Source of the DNA: a virus
DNA length: 64,000 bases
IMG/VR virus record: IMGVR_UViG_3300049483_000112
Coordinates: 3,464 to 67,463 of that record
Strand: one strand, 5' to 3'
The notes below the pieces were generated by a model. That model did no database searches, was not told where the DNA came from, and saw only the letters and a list, made by a program, of their open reading frames with translations. Both the position numbers and the translations under genes were made by a program. Each line of letters starts with the position of its first letter. Positions within the stretch are counted from its first letter, which is position 1. Positions 46,705-54,627 of this stretch are shown here, piece after piece.

Positions 46705-47802
46705 ATGTCCACGAACCTGATGCAAGCTTCCAACCAGTGGCGCTCGCGCCCGGCCGACGAGAGATTTCTGAACCTTGTCGACATGCAGGAGCACTTCAAG
46801 CACATCCGCGACAACAGCCGCGCCGCTGTGATCTCAAGCCGCGGGCTCGCAGTAGCGCCGGTCGAGGGATCGCACGAAGGCCTGCAAGCCGTCATTCGAG
46901 GCGATGACAGGCCGCTCGAACTGACGCACTGGTCATTCGGGCAGATTTGCCAGCGTGCCGGCGCGCCAGCAGGATACCTGCGCGAGATCCCGAGCGAACT
47001 CGCCGCTGACTGCGTCAACTATGGGCTGCATGTCAACCGCGATATGGCTGACGTTGGTGTGCTGTCCTATCGCAACGGCGGCGATCCGATGCTGCGTGCG
47101 GTGACCGGTCCTGCATACGGTCGGGTCTGGAACGAAACGCTGACCAACGCTCTGGTGCGCCGCTTCGGCGACGGCATCAGCGGCAACTTCAAAGTGCCCG
47201 GCGAGTTCGGCCGCGATGTCGTTGTCACCAAGGACAACACGACCTTGTACGCCAGCGACCGCGACATGTTCGTGTTCTTGGCAGACGAGAAGAACCGCAT
47301 CGAGATCCCGAATCGGCGCAACGGCGAGAGCGGCTCCCTGGCCCGCGGGTTCTTCATGTGGAACAGCGAGGTCGGCGACAAGACTTTCGGCGTGGCCACG
47401 TTCTACTTCGACTACGCGTGCTCAAACCGCATCGTGTGGGGTGCGGAGGGATATAGCGAGATCACGGTGCGCCACACCGCGAGCGCGCCAGACAAGTGGA
47501 TCGAGCAGGTTGCGCCGGCAATCGAGCAGTACGCGAACGCGCCGACGACCAACATCGTCGCTGCGGTCGAGCGCGCGCAGAAGGCCAAGGTCGAGAAGCT
47601 TGACGACTTCCTGGCCAGCCGCTTCACGAAGAAGGTGGCCACTGCTGTCAAGGCGGCGCACATGGCTGACGAGCAGCGCCCGATCGAATCGCTCTGGGAT
47701 GTGGCCACGGGCATCACTGCCTTTGCCCGCTCAGTCCAGCAACAAGACGAGCGCGTCGGCCTTGAGCGCGAGGCCGGCAGGATTCTGAGCCTCGCGAAGT
47801 AA
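46705..47802 (+). CDS. DUF932-like phage/plasmid protein
   Basis: QWRSRPADERF, LYASDRDMFVFL, RGFFMWNSEVG, CSNRIVWG. Confidence 0.75.
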   Translation: MSTNLMQASNQWRSRPADERFLNLVDMQEHFKHIRDNSRAAVISSRGLAVAPVEGSHEGLQAVIRGDDRPLELTHWSFGQICQRAGAPAGYLREIPSELAADCVNYGLHVNRDMADVGVLSYRNGGDPMLRAVTGPAYGRVWNETLTNALVRRFGDGISGNFKVPGEFGRDVVVTKDNTTLYASDRDMFVFLADEKNRIEIPNRRNGESGSLARGFFMWNSEVGDKTFGVATFYFDYACSNRIVWGAEGYSEITVRHTASAPDKWIEQVAPAIEQYANAPTTNIVAAVERAQKAKVEKLDDFLASRFTKKVATAVKAAHMADEQRPIESLWDVATGITAFARSVQQQDERVGLEREAGRILSLAK

Positions 47803-47823
47803 CGACCCGTCATCAACCAGAGG

Positions 47824-47844
47824 GCGGCCCACTCGGGCCGCTTT
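47824..47844 (+). terminator. Hairpin, possible weak terminator
   Basis: GCGGCCC-ACTC-GGGCCGC followed by TTT. Confidence 0.45.
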
Positions 47845-47865
47845 CATCACGGAGACACCAACACC

Positions 47866-48183
47866 ATGTTTTTCGATCCCAAATCCCTCACACCCGGCAG
47901 CACGCACAGCATGCGCGTTTTCATCCAGGGCACCCCGCTGGACGGCTACTTGGTCTGCTCGATGTCGCCAGGCTCAATGCCCGACGGTTGGGTGAACGTC
48001 TGCGAGATGATCGTCGCGTTCACCATCCCGGCTGACTTCAACCCGATTGCCGCCGCCATTGCCGTGATCGACAAGCAGAAGGCAGCGGCGCTCGAGGCGT
48101 ACCAAAAGCGCGTCGCCGAGCTCAACACGCAATTGGAGCAGTACCTAGCGCTCGAAAACGCGCCGGACTGGAGCGCGGCGTGA
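47866..48183 (+). CDS. Hypothetical protein
   Basis: GGAG RBS, C-terminal coiled coil. Confidence 0.65.
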   Translation: MFFDPKSLTPGSTHSMRVFIQGTPLDGYLVCSMSPGSMPDGWVNVCEMIVAFTIPADFNPIAAAIAVIDKQKAAALEAYQKRVAELNTQLEQYLALENAPDWSAA

Positions 48184-48530
48184 GCGCGGCGTACTACTTC
48201 CATCATTGGCGCGTCCGAGCCGACATGGTCGAGGCGCTTGAGCTCTACCTCAAAGAGGGCGTGCCGCTCGGCGACTTCCTCGCCGCGATCGTGGCCAACG
48301 ACTTCGTCGAGGCCACCGGGCGCGCCGACATGGACAACCTGGGCAATTTGCCGGCGTTCGGCGCCTGGCTGTACAACGAGTGCCCGCGCCAGTCCTGGGG
48401 GTCGCGTGAAGCATACGAGGCCTGGCTTGAGATGCACGCCAAGCGCCGAGCCGCGGCAGCAACGGCCGCCAGGGACGCGATCGGGCCGGCTAATACCACC
48501 GCACCACCGGAGGCCGGAAATGAGCGCTGA
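48180..48530 (+). CDS. Hypothetical phage protein
   Basis: PLGDFLAAIVAND..ADMDN..LYNECP..WGS. Confidence 0.65.
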   Translation: MSAAYYFHHWRVRADMVEALELYLKEGVPLGDFLAAIVANDFVEATGRADMDNLGNLPAFGAWLYNECPRQSWGSREAYEAWLEMHAKRRAAAATAARDAIGPANTTAPPEAGNER

Positions 48531-48666
48531 GCGGCGCCTGCGCATCCTGGCGGGCATTCTGGTCGCCGTTCTGCTGTGCGGCTGCGGTGGATCGGATGAT
48601 GGTCGGTACAGGCCAGACAAGACGGTAGACCCCCCGGACTGTTCTGCATCCGGGGCTTGCCGATGA
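48520..48666 (+). CDS. Small lipoprotein
   Basis: MSAERRLRILAGILVAVLLCG-C lipobox. Confidence 0.6.
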   Translation: MSAERRLRILAGILVAVLLCGCGGSDDGRYRPDKTVDPPDCSASGACR

Positions 48667-48669
48667 TGT

Positions 48670-48792
48670 GGCGAGGCGAGGCGAGGCCTCGCCGGGCAAG
48701 GCGTGGCAAGGCAAGGCAAGGCAGGCAAGGCAAGGCGGGGCGTGGCACGGCAGGGCTAGGCGGGGCGTGGCGTGGCACGGCAGGTCAGGTTA
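48670..48792 (+). repeat. GGC-NN pentamer array 1 (putative guide ncRNA)
   Basis: 10 pentamers + GGCA + 11 pentamers + GGCA + GGTCA GGTTA; intergenic, directly upstream of the RAMP-like gene. Confidence 0.9.
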
Positions 48793-48876
48793 CGGGTTTT
48801 GAGGGCGGCGGCCCATTCCGCCGAACAGGTTTGTCGGGCGCCTGCGGCGAAGCCCCGGCTTTATCAGGAGTAGACC

Positions 48877-49683
48877 ATGGCTACCAAATCGACGAAACAA
48901 CCGACAGACCACGAGGAAATTCAAATCCTTGAGGTCGAAAGGGGCGTCATCGACTTTTTCATTCTCGGCACGACCCCGCTGTTGTGCAATCGAATGAGCG
49001 AAAAAGTTTGGCACGAACTTCTCGCGCCCAAGGGACGCAAGACGGAGTCCGAAAAGCAGGCAACGATGAAACACGATCCCATTCAAGAGTTTCGGGACTC
49101 GCCCTACATCATCGACGCCCCTCAGGCGCCAACGCTGTTGGGCATCATGCCGGTCGCGTTCAAGCGCGCGATGGGCACGGCTGCGCTCGATATGCCGGGC
49201 GCGAAAAAGGCGCAAGTTCTTCGGCTGGTGACTGTGCAGTCGGAGATGTTCCCGGTGTTCGGCATCCCGAGGCTGCACATGTCAATCACGCGCAGCGCCG
49301 ACGTGAAGAAGACGCCTGACGTGCGCACACGTGCCGTGTTGCCCGAGTGGGCCGCGCGAGTGCGCATCACCTACACGAAGCCGATCTTGCGCGCGCAGTC
49401 GATCACCAATCTGATTGCGGCTGCGGGGTTTCAGTCGGGCGTCGGCGACTGGCGCCAGGAAAAGGGGTCCGGCTCATTCGGGTGCTTCAAGGTCGTCGGG
49501 GAAAACGACCCCGACTGGAATCGCATTGCCGCCACTGGCGGTCGTGCGGCGCAGATCGAAGCGATGGAAAACCCCGTGGCCTACGATACCGAGGCAGAGG
49601 AAATGCTGGCGTGGTTTGTCGGGGAGAAGCAGACCCGCGGTTTCAACAAAAAGGGTGCCGTTGAACTCAGGAAGGCAGCATGA
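48877..49683 (+). CDS. Cas7/RAMP-like protein
   Basis: N-terminal FFILGTTPLL strand, IMPVAFKRAM, RTRAVLPEWAARVRITY, Gly-rich loop AGFQSGVGDWRQEKGSGSFGCFKV; AGGAG RBS. Confidence 0.7.
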   Translation: MATKSTKQPTDHEEIQILEVERGVIDFFILGTTPLLCNRMSEKVWHELLAPKGRKTESEKQATMKHDPIQEFRDSPYIIDAPQAPTLLGIMPVAFKRAMGTAALDMPGAKKAQVLRLVTVQSEMFPVFGIPRLHMSITRSADVKKTPDVRTRAVLPEWAARVRITYTKPILRAQSITNLIAAAGFQSGVGDWRQEKGSGSFGCFKVVGENDPDWNRIAATGGRAAQIEAMENPVAYDTEAEEMLAWFVGEKQTRGFNKKGAVELRKAA

Positions 49684-50177
49684 ACATCATCACTGGCGAA
49701 GATCGCGAGATCATCGAGGGGCGCTTGAAGTCGCTCCTCGCAGACGGCGGGGGCCGACTCACGCCCGAGCGCGTTGTCGCGGATGCGCGCGCCGTGGATA
49801 GTCCGCTGCACCGGCTGTTCGATTGGAATGACTCGTCTGCGGCGCACAAGCATCGGCTCGACACGGCGCGAGCGGTTATCGGCTCGATTCAACTCATCGT
49901 GAAAACCGAGCATGTCGTCTTGCGGGTGCCAGGTTACGTCCGCGATCCAAGTTGCGCCGGGCGCGAGCAAGGCTACGTCGAAACGGCGTCACTCCGCAAC
50001 GAAGAGGATGCCGCGAGGCAAGTTCTGCTGACCGAGTTTCAGCGCGCTGGCGCGTGCCTCGCGCGGGCACGGGCCTTGGCTGTGGTACTTAACCTTGAGC
50101 CGGAAATTGACGCGCTGTGCGCTGGAATTTCGGCACTGCGCGAGCGCATGGCGCAAGCGCCGGCGGCTGTACAGTGA
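49680..50177 (+). CDS. Helical accessory protein coupled to the RAMP-like gene
   Basis: ATGA overlap; GRLTPERVVADAR..SPLHRLFDWND..AAHKHRL..AR. Confidence 0.75.
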   Translation: MNIITGEDREIIEGRLKSLLADGGGRLTPERVVADARAVDSPLHRLFDWNDSSAAHKHRLDTARAVIGSIQLIVKTEHVVLRVPGYVRDPSCAGREQGYVETASLRNEEDAARQVLLTEFQRAGACLARARALAVVLNLEPEIDALCAGISALRERMAQAPAAVQ

Positions 50178-50179
50178 AA

Positions 50180-50584
50180 GGCCCGGCGAGGCAAGGCAGG
50201 CGAGGCTGGGCGAGGCGAGGCATGGCAGGGCCGGGCGGGGCTAGGCAGGCGCGGAACGGCTGGGCGAGGCAGGGCTGGGCTCGGCATGGCAAGGCAGGCG
50301 AGGCATGGCTAGGCCAGGCGTGGCAAGGCTAGGCCCGGCGTGGCAAGGCCTGGCCAGGCAGGCAGGGCGTGGCGGGGCCAGGCTAGGCGTGGCAAGGCAG
50401 GCATGGCGGGGCGAGGCGGGGCGGGGCGCGGCGTGGCTGGGCATGGCAAGGCGAGGCAGGCAGGGCGAGGCTGGGCGCGGCCAGGCTAGGCGAGGCGAGG
50501 CAAAGCAAGGCAGGCAAGGCAGGCACGGCGAGGCAGGGCGTGGCCAGGCAAGGCAGGGCAGGCATGGCTGGCACGGTGTGGCCC
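50180..50584 (+). repeat. GGC-NN pentamer array 2 (putative multi-guide ncRNA)
   Basis: 73 pentamers + 10 tetramers = 405 nt. GGCA tetramers delimit blocks of 3, 9, 9, 12, 7, 11, 10, 1 and 7 units. Followed by a CCCAAA-CTTT-TTTGGG hairpin. Confidence 0.92.
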
Positions 50585-50603
50585 AAACTTTTTTGGGTGT
50601 GCG

Positions 50604-50795
50604 ATGGCAAACGAAAATGACGCGGCGGGCCGATCATGCCCGCCATGCACGCAAGACTGTCGGCAGGGGCGAGACTGCCCGCTGCGTCAGGCGCGCGGCT
50701 CGTGGAACGATATTTCGTGGCAGGCGGCAGAGTTGGTGATCCTTGCGGTCGCCGCCTTTCTGCTCATCTCGTTTTGGGCGGGGTGGATCCAATGA
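50604..50795 (+). CDS. Small Cys-rich membrane protein
   Basis: CPPCTQDCRQGRDCP plus a C-terminal TM helix. Confidence 0.6.
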   Translation: MANENDAAGRSCPPCTQDCRQGRDCPLRQARGSWNDISWQAAELVILAVAAFLLISFWAGWIQ

Positions 50796-50971
50796 GTCGG
50801 CCGATACGAACGAAGTCCGGGCTGTTGATCGGTGGAGCTTATATTCAGCCGCCACCCAAGCAGAGCGTTGACGACGAAACGCTGCAACGAGCACTTCTGG
50901 CGCCGCCACGAGTAACCAGTTGGGCGGCGAAGATGCTTGCTGTAGTTCGACGGATGATGCGCAAATGTTGA
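50792..50971 (+). CDS. Hypothetical protein
   Basis: ATGA-coupled MSRPIRTKSGLLIGGAY..LQRALL. Confidence 0.55.
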   Translation: MSRPIRTKSGLLIGGAYIQPPPKQSVDDETLQRALLAPPRVTSWAAKMLAVVRRMMRKC

Positions 50972-51450
50972 CTCAACACCGGTTGCTCCTTTTGCTGCAC
51001 TACGATGCCATCACGGGAGCATTCACTAGGCTGCAATGCAGCAACAAACGATTCGTCGGCAAGGTTGTGAACGACTCGCATCACAGCGGCTACATCTTCA
51101 TTCGTGTCGACGGGAAGCGCTATGCGGCACACCGTCTTGCCTGGCTGTATATGACGGGCGCATTCCCGCGCGCGCAGATCGATCATAGAAACACCATCAA
51201 AGCCGACAACCGATGGGACAATTTGCGCGAGGCGACGAATAGGCTGAATGCCGAAAACAAACGAACACCTCGAGTAGACAACGCGGTCGGCCGTCTTGGC
51301 GTCTGTTTTCACAAAGCGTCTCAGCGCTTCGTCGCTCAGATACAAGTAGACGGTGTGAAGCGACACCTTGGTCTTTTCGATACCGCTGAAGAGGGGCACG
51401 TCGTCTATCTCGCCGCCAAGAAAAACCTACACAGAGGAAATACGCTATGA
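50965..51450 (+). CDS. HNH-AP2 homing endonuclease
   Basis: YDAITGAF, AHRLAWLYMTG, IDHRNTIKADNRWDNLRE, HLGLFDTAEE. Confidence 0.92.
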   Translation: MLTQHRLLLLLHYDAITGAFTRLQCSNKRFVGKVVNDSHHSGYIFIRVDGKRYAAHRLAWLYMTGAFPRAQIDHRNTIKADNRWDNLREATNRLNAENKRTPRVDNAVGRLGVCFHKASQRFVAQIQVDGVKRHLGLFDTAEEGHVVYLAAKKNLHRGNTL

Positions 51451-52331
51451 CCAACGATCTCACGACTCAACCTCAATCCGAGGGCGAACTCATTCAGGTG
51501 CTGCAATCGAGCCTGTACCCAGGCGCGGCAATTGACAGCATTCGCATGGTGCTTGGCTACTGCAAGGCGGCCGGGCTCGACCCGATGCTCAAGCCAGTTC
51601 ATATAGTTCCTATGTGGTCGCGCGAGCAGCAAGCGATGGTCGATGTCATCATGCCTGGCGTCGGCCTGTATCGCACGCAGGCGTCGCGCAGCGGCCAGTT
51701 CGCAGGCATGACCGAGCCCGAGTTCGGTCCCGATGTGACAGCGGACATCGGCGGCCAGATGATCACTTATCCCGAATGGTGCCGGGTGACTGTGAAGCGC
51801 GCGCTATCGAGAGGCGTCATCGCCGAGTTCACGGCGCGCGAGTACTGGCTCGAAAACTACGCGGTGAAAGGCGGCACGGACAAGAGCGTAGCGCCGAATG
51901 CGATGTGGAAGAAACGTCCCCGCGGCCAGTTGGCGAAGTGCGCGGCTGCGCAGGCCTTGCGCATCGCTTTTCCGGAGTTGGGCGCGCAGCCGACGGCAGA
52001 GGAGATGGAGGGCAAGACGATCGACCCTGCCGAGCCGTTCCCTTTGCTTGCGCCTGAACCACCGAAGGAGTTGCTCGCGGCAGCCCAGGCCGCCGCAAAG
52101 CTCGGCGAGAGAACTTATGCCGCCTTCTGGCACGACGCAGGCAAGGACAAGCGCAAACTGTTGGCGGGGCACCATGATGCCCTGAAGCTCGATGCTATTG
52201 CTGCCGACAAGGCGCGCACGGTCGAGATGACTGGCAATGCACCGGCAGGCACGCAACCGCCGACTGATGATCCGTGGGTCGCAGAGCTTGAACGGGCAGA
52301 GCGAGGAAATGCGCCGGAGCGGCAAGCGTGA
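51447..52331 (+). CDS. bet: Single-strand annealing protein, Bet/RecT family
   Basis: YCKAAGLDPMLKPVHIVP, GVGLYRTQA, MWKKRPRGQLAKCA..ALRIAFP. Confidence 0.9.
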   Translation: MTNDLTTQPQSEGELIQVLQSSLYPGAAIDSIRMVLGYCKAAGLDPMLKPVHIVPMWSREQQAMVDVIMPGVGLYRTQASRSGQFAGMTEPEFGPDVTADIGGQMITYPEWCRVTVKRALSRGVIAEFTAREYWLENYAVKGGTDKSVAPNAMWKKRPRGQLAKCAAAQALRIAFPELGAQPTAEEMEGKTIDPAEPFPLLAPEPPKELLAAAQAAAKLGERTYAAFWHDAGKDKRKLLAGHHDALKLDAIAADKARTVEMTGNAPAGTQPPTDDPWVAELERAERGNAPERQA

Positions 52332-52960
52332 TCCAAGGCTCGCCGGAATGGAAGCTTGCCAGGGCTGGCAAGGTGACGGCCAGCAGACTCGACGCAGTGA
52401 TGGCCAAGGGTCGCGGCAACGCGCCCAGCGCGACGCGCGAAGACTACATGGCTGAGTTGATCGCTGAGCGGCTCACCGGCATGCCGTACGAAGATGGCTT
52501 CGTCTCATTCGACATGCGCCGCGGAATGGAAGTCGAGCCGGCCGCCGCGCTCGCGTATGAGGTTGCGACTGGCACGGTGCTCGAAACCTGCGGTGTCATC
52601 GACCACCCATCGATCCCATGGACCGCCGCAAGCCCCGACAGGCTCGCCGGCGAAGGGCTCGTCGAGACCAAGTGCCCGAAGACGAAAACGCACCTCGCGT
52701 ACCTTCAGGCGGGCCGCGTGCCGGCAGATTACATCGCGCAGATGACGTGGCAACTCGTGTGTACGAATCGGCCATGGTGTGACTTTGTTTCCTTCGATCC
52801 GCGGCTGCCCGACGATCTGCAACTCTTCATCGTCCGCTATGTTCCGACGCCAGAGTACATCGCGACGGTCGAGGATGCCGTGATCACCTTTCTTGCCGAG
52901 CTTGATGATCGGCTGGCTCAAATCAACAGGCTGCGTCGCGGCAATGCACAGCCAGAATAA
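52328..52960 (+). CDS. Lambda-exonuclease / YqaJ family
   Basis: QGSPEWKLARAGKVTAS, ASPDRL, VETKCP, YIAQMTWQL, CDFVSFDPR. Confidence 0.92.
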   Translation: MIQGSPEWKLARAGKVTASRLDAVMAKGRGNAPSATREDYMAELIAERLTGMPYEDGFVSFDMRRGMEVEPAAALAYEVATGTVLETCGVIDHPSIPWTAASPDRLAGEGLVETKCPKTKTHLAYLQAGRVPADYIAQMTWQLVCTNRPWCDFVSFDPRLPDDLQLFIVRYVPTPEYIATVEDAVITFLAELDDRLAQINRLRRGNAQPE

Positions 52961-53228
52961 ACGCCCAATGGACGCGCTGGAGCGCGAGCATGTCACCGAC
53001 GTGAAGCGGGTTGCGTGCGCGTGCTGCGACGCGCCTGGGCCGACTGAGGCGCACGAGATCGTCCAGGGGCTGTGGTTCCTGTCGGTGTCGGCGTGTCGCG
53101 AGTGCCACCGCGGGGCGCACGGCATTCATGGCGACAAGGTCTACATGACGATCCGCAAGCTCACCGAGTTGGACATGCTCAACATCACTCTGCGCCGCGT
53201 GGCACTTCTGCGGAAAACACTTGCATGA
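52944..53228 (+). CDS. Ref/DUF968-like small Zn-HNH nuclease
   Basis: CACC..EAHE..CRECHRG..GIHG. Confidence 0.65.
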   Translation: MHSQNKRPMDALEREHVTDVKRVACACCDAPGPTEAHEIVQGLWFLSVSACRECHRGAHGIHGDKVYMTIRKLTELDMLNITLRRVALLRKTLA

Positions 53229-53662
53229 ACTCGGTCTTGCGATGGATACTTCGCACGCCTGCTGACGGCAGCAGGGTGTTCCAGTACATCAAGGAAAACG
53301 CCGGCCGGATGGCGAAGGCCGGCACGCCGCTGCAGGTGACGGTGGCAAAGTACAAGGCGACAAGATCGAATGAGCAAAACAAAAGGTGGTGGGGGGCGAT
53401 CGTGACTCCCGTTGCCGAACAGGTCGTTGTTGGCGGCGTCCACGTCGAGCCTGAGGTCTGGGCACATTACTTGAAGGAGAAGTGTCTGCCGGACGTCTGC
53501 GCGAAGGGGATCGACAAGCATCGAATTATGCCGGACGGGTCGCGCGTGCTGTCGATGGGCTCAAGCGACTTGAACACGCACGAGTTCAGCGAATTTATGG
53601 ACCGCTGCGAGGCTTTCGTCGTCACGGAGTTCGGTGTTTTCTTGCCGGCTGACGTGCAATGA
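53225..53662 (+). CDS. NinB-like recombination protein
   Basis: RSNEQNKRWW, EVWAHYLK, SSDLNTHEFSEFMDRCEAF. Confidence 0.8.
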   Translation: MNSVLRWILRTPADGSRVFQYIKENAGRMAKAGTPLQVTVAKYKATRSNEQNKRWWGAIVTPVAEQVVVGGVHVEPEVWAHYLKEKCLPDVCAKGIDKHRIMPDGSRVLSMGSSDLNTHEFSEFMDRCEAFVVTEFGVFLPADVQ

Positions 53663-54144
53663 TTGACGCTGTTCGCCTGCGCCAGTTGCTGTCGTACAGC
53701 AAGACCACTGGCGAATTCCGGTGGCGTGTCACACGCCACAAACGAGGCGGCATGACGCGGCCTGGAGATTTGGCCGGCTGCGTAGACCCGAACGGCTATA
53801 TCCGAATCACCATTGATCGCGCGCAATACTCTGCTCACCGCTTAGCAGTGTTGCATGTCACCGGCCATTGGCCGCCTATTGAGATCGATCACCGTGATCG
53901 CGATGGCACGAACAATCGATGGCTCAATTTGCGCGATGCAACCCACAGCATTAACGCACAGAACAGGTCCGCCAAACGCGGGAAGGAATTGCCGCTTGGC
54001 GTCTATCGACAAGACGGACGGTTTAGGGCGCGCATTTCAGTCAATGGCCGGAACCTTAACCTTGGTTGCTTTGCCTCCCAAGAAAAGGCTCACGCTGCAT
54101 ATATCGCAGCCAAGCGTGAGCTTCATCAGGGCCGCACGATCTAA
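53659..54144 (+). CDS. HNH-AP2 homing endonuclease
   Basis: YSKTTGEF, AHRLA, IDHRDRDGTNNRWLNLRD, NLGCF..AHAAY; paralogous to 50965..51450. Confidence 0.92.
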   Translation: MIDAVRLRQLLSYSKTTGEFRWRVTRHKRGGMTRPGDLAGCVDPNGYIRITIDRAQYSAHRLAVLHVTGHWPPIEIDHRDRDGTNNRWLNLRDATHSINAQNRSAKRGKELPLGVYRQDGRFRARISVNGRNLNLGCFASQEKAHAAYIAAKRELHQGRTI

Positions 54145-54162
54145 ACCAATAGGAGGGAAACA

Positions 54163-54408
54163 GTGTCCAGCAACCGCACCGCGGCAGGCGCCGCCAAGCC
54201 AACCGTTACGCGCCCCTACATCGTCCGCAACGGGTCCGGGGAAGTCATCCGTATCGTTGTGGCGTCGCACCCGTCGACTGTGTACCGCCACGTCGCAGAG
54301 GCGCTGTTCAAGGTTCAGGCCGCGTCGTCAACCGAAGTGATGCTCGCGATGAAGGACGGCATCGTGCCCGAGTTGATCGGACGCGAACAACTCCATTTGC
54401 CGGAATGA
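54163..54408 (+). CDS. Hypothetical protein
   Basis: AGGAGG RBS, GTG start. Confidence 0.6.
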   Translation: MSSNRTAAGAAKPTVTRPYIVRNGSGEVIRIVVASHPSTVYRHVAEALFKVQAASSTEVMLAMKDGIVPELIGREQLHLPE

Positions 54409-54620
54409 GCGCTGATGACGCCCCCGGCGGGGTCTACGGCGACGCCTGCAAAGAAGCGATGGAGTCGACGCAAGCCGTTGGCGTGATCCTGATCGTCATC
54501 AACGGCTCGAGCGGCACGGGCTTTTCAGTCGCTGGGCCGATCGAGATGATCAACGATGTGCCTGAGATCCTTGAACAGATCGCGGGCGACATAAGAGCTT
54601 CCCGCAACACAATCAATTGA
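54405..54620 (+). CDS. Hypothetical protein
   Basis: ATGA-coupled. Confidence 0.6.
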   Translation: MSADDAPGGVYGDACKEAMESTQAVGVILIVINGSSGTGFSVAGPIEMINDVPEILEQIAGDIRASRNTIN

Positions 54621-54627
54621 GGACACC

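Noticed and set aside
50180-50584. Canonical CRISPR array or simple microsatellite
   Set aside because: No 25-40-nt repeats with spacers and no cas1/cas2; variation is confined to two positions and is not clonal. A purely structural G-quadruplex role is not excluded but would not explain the fixed C or the GGCA punctuation.
50039-50739. Arg/Gly/Ala- or Pro/Cys-rich ORFs across array 2 (and 48245..48932 across array 1)
   Set aside because: Translation artefacts of stop-poor pentamer repeats, open in several frames on both strands.
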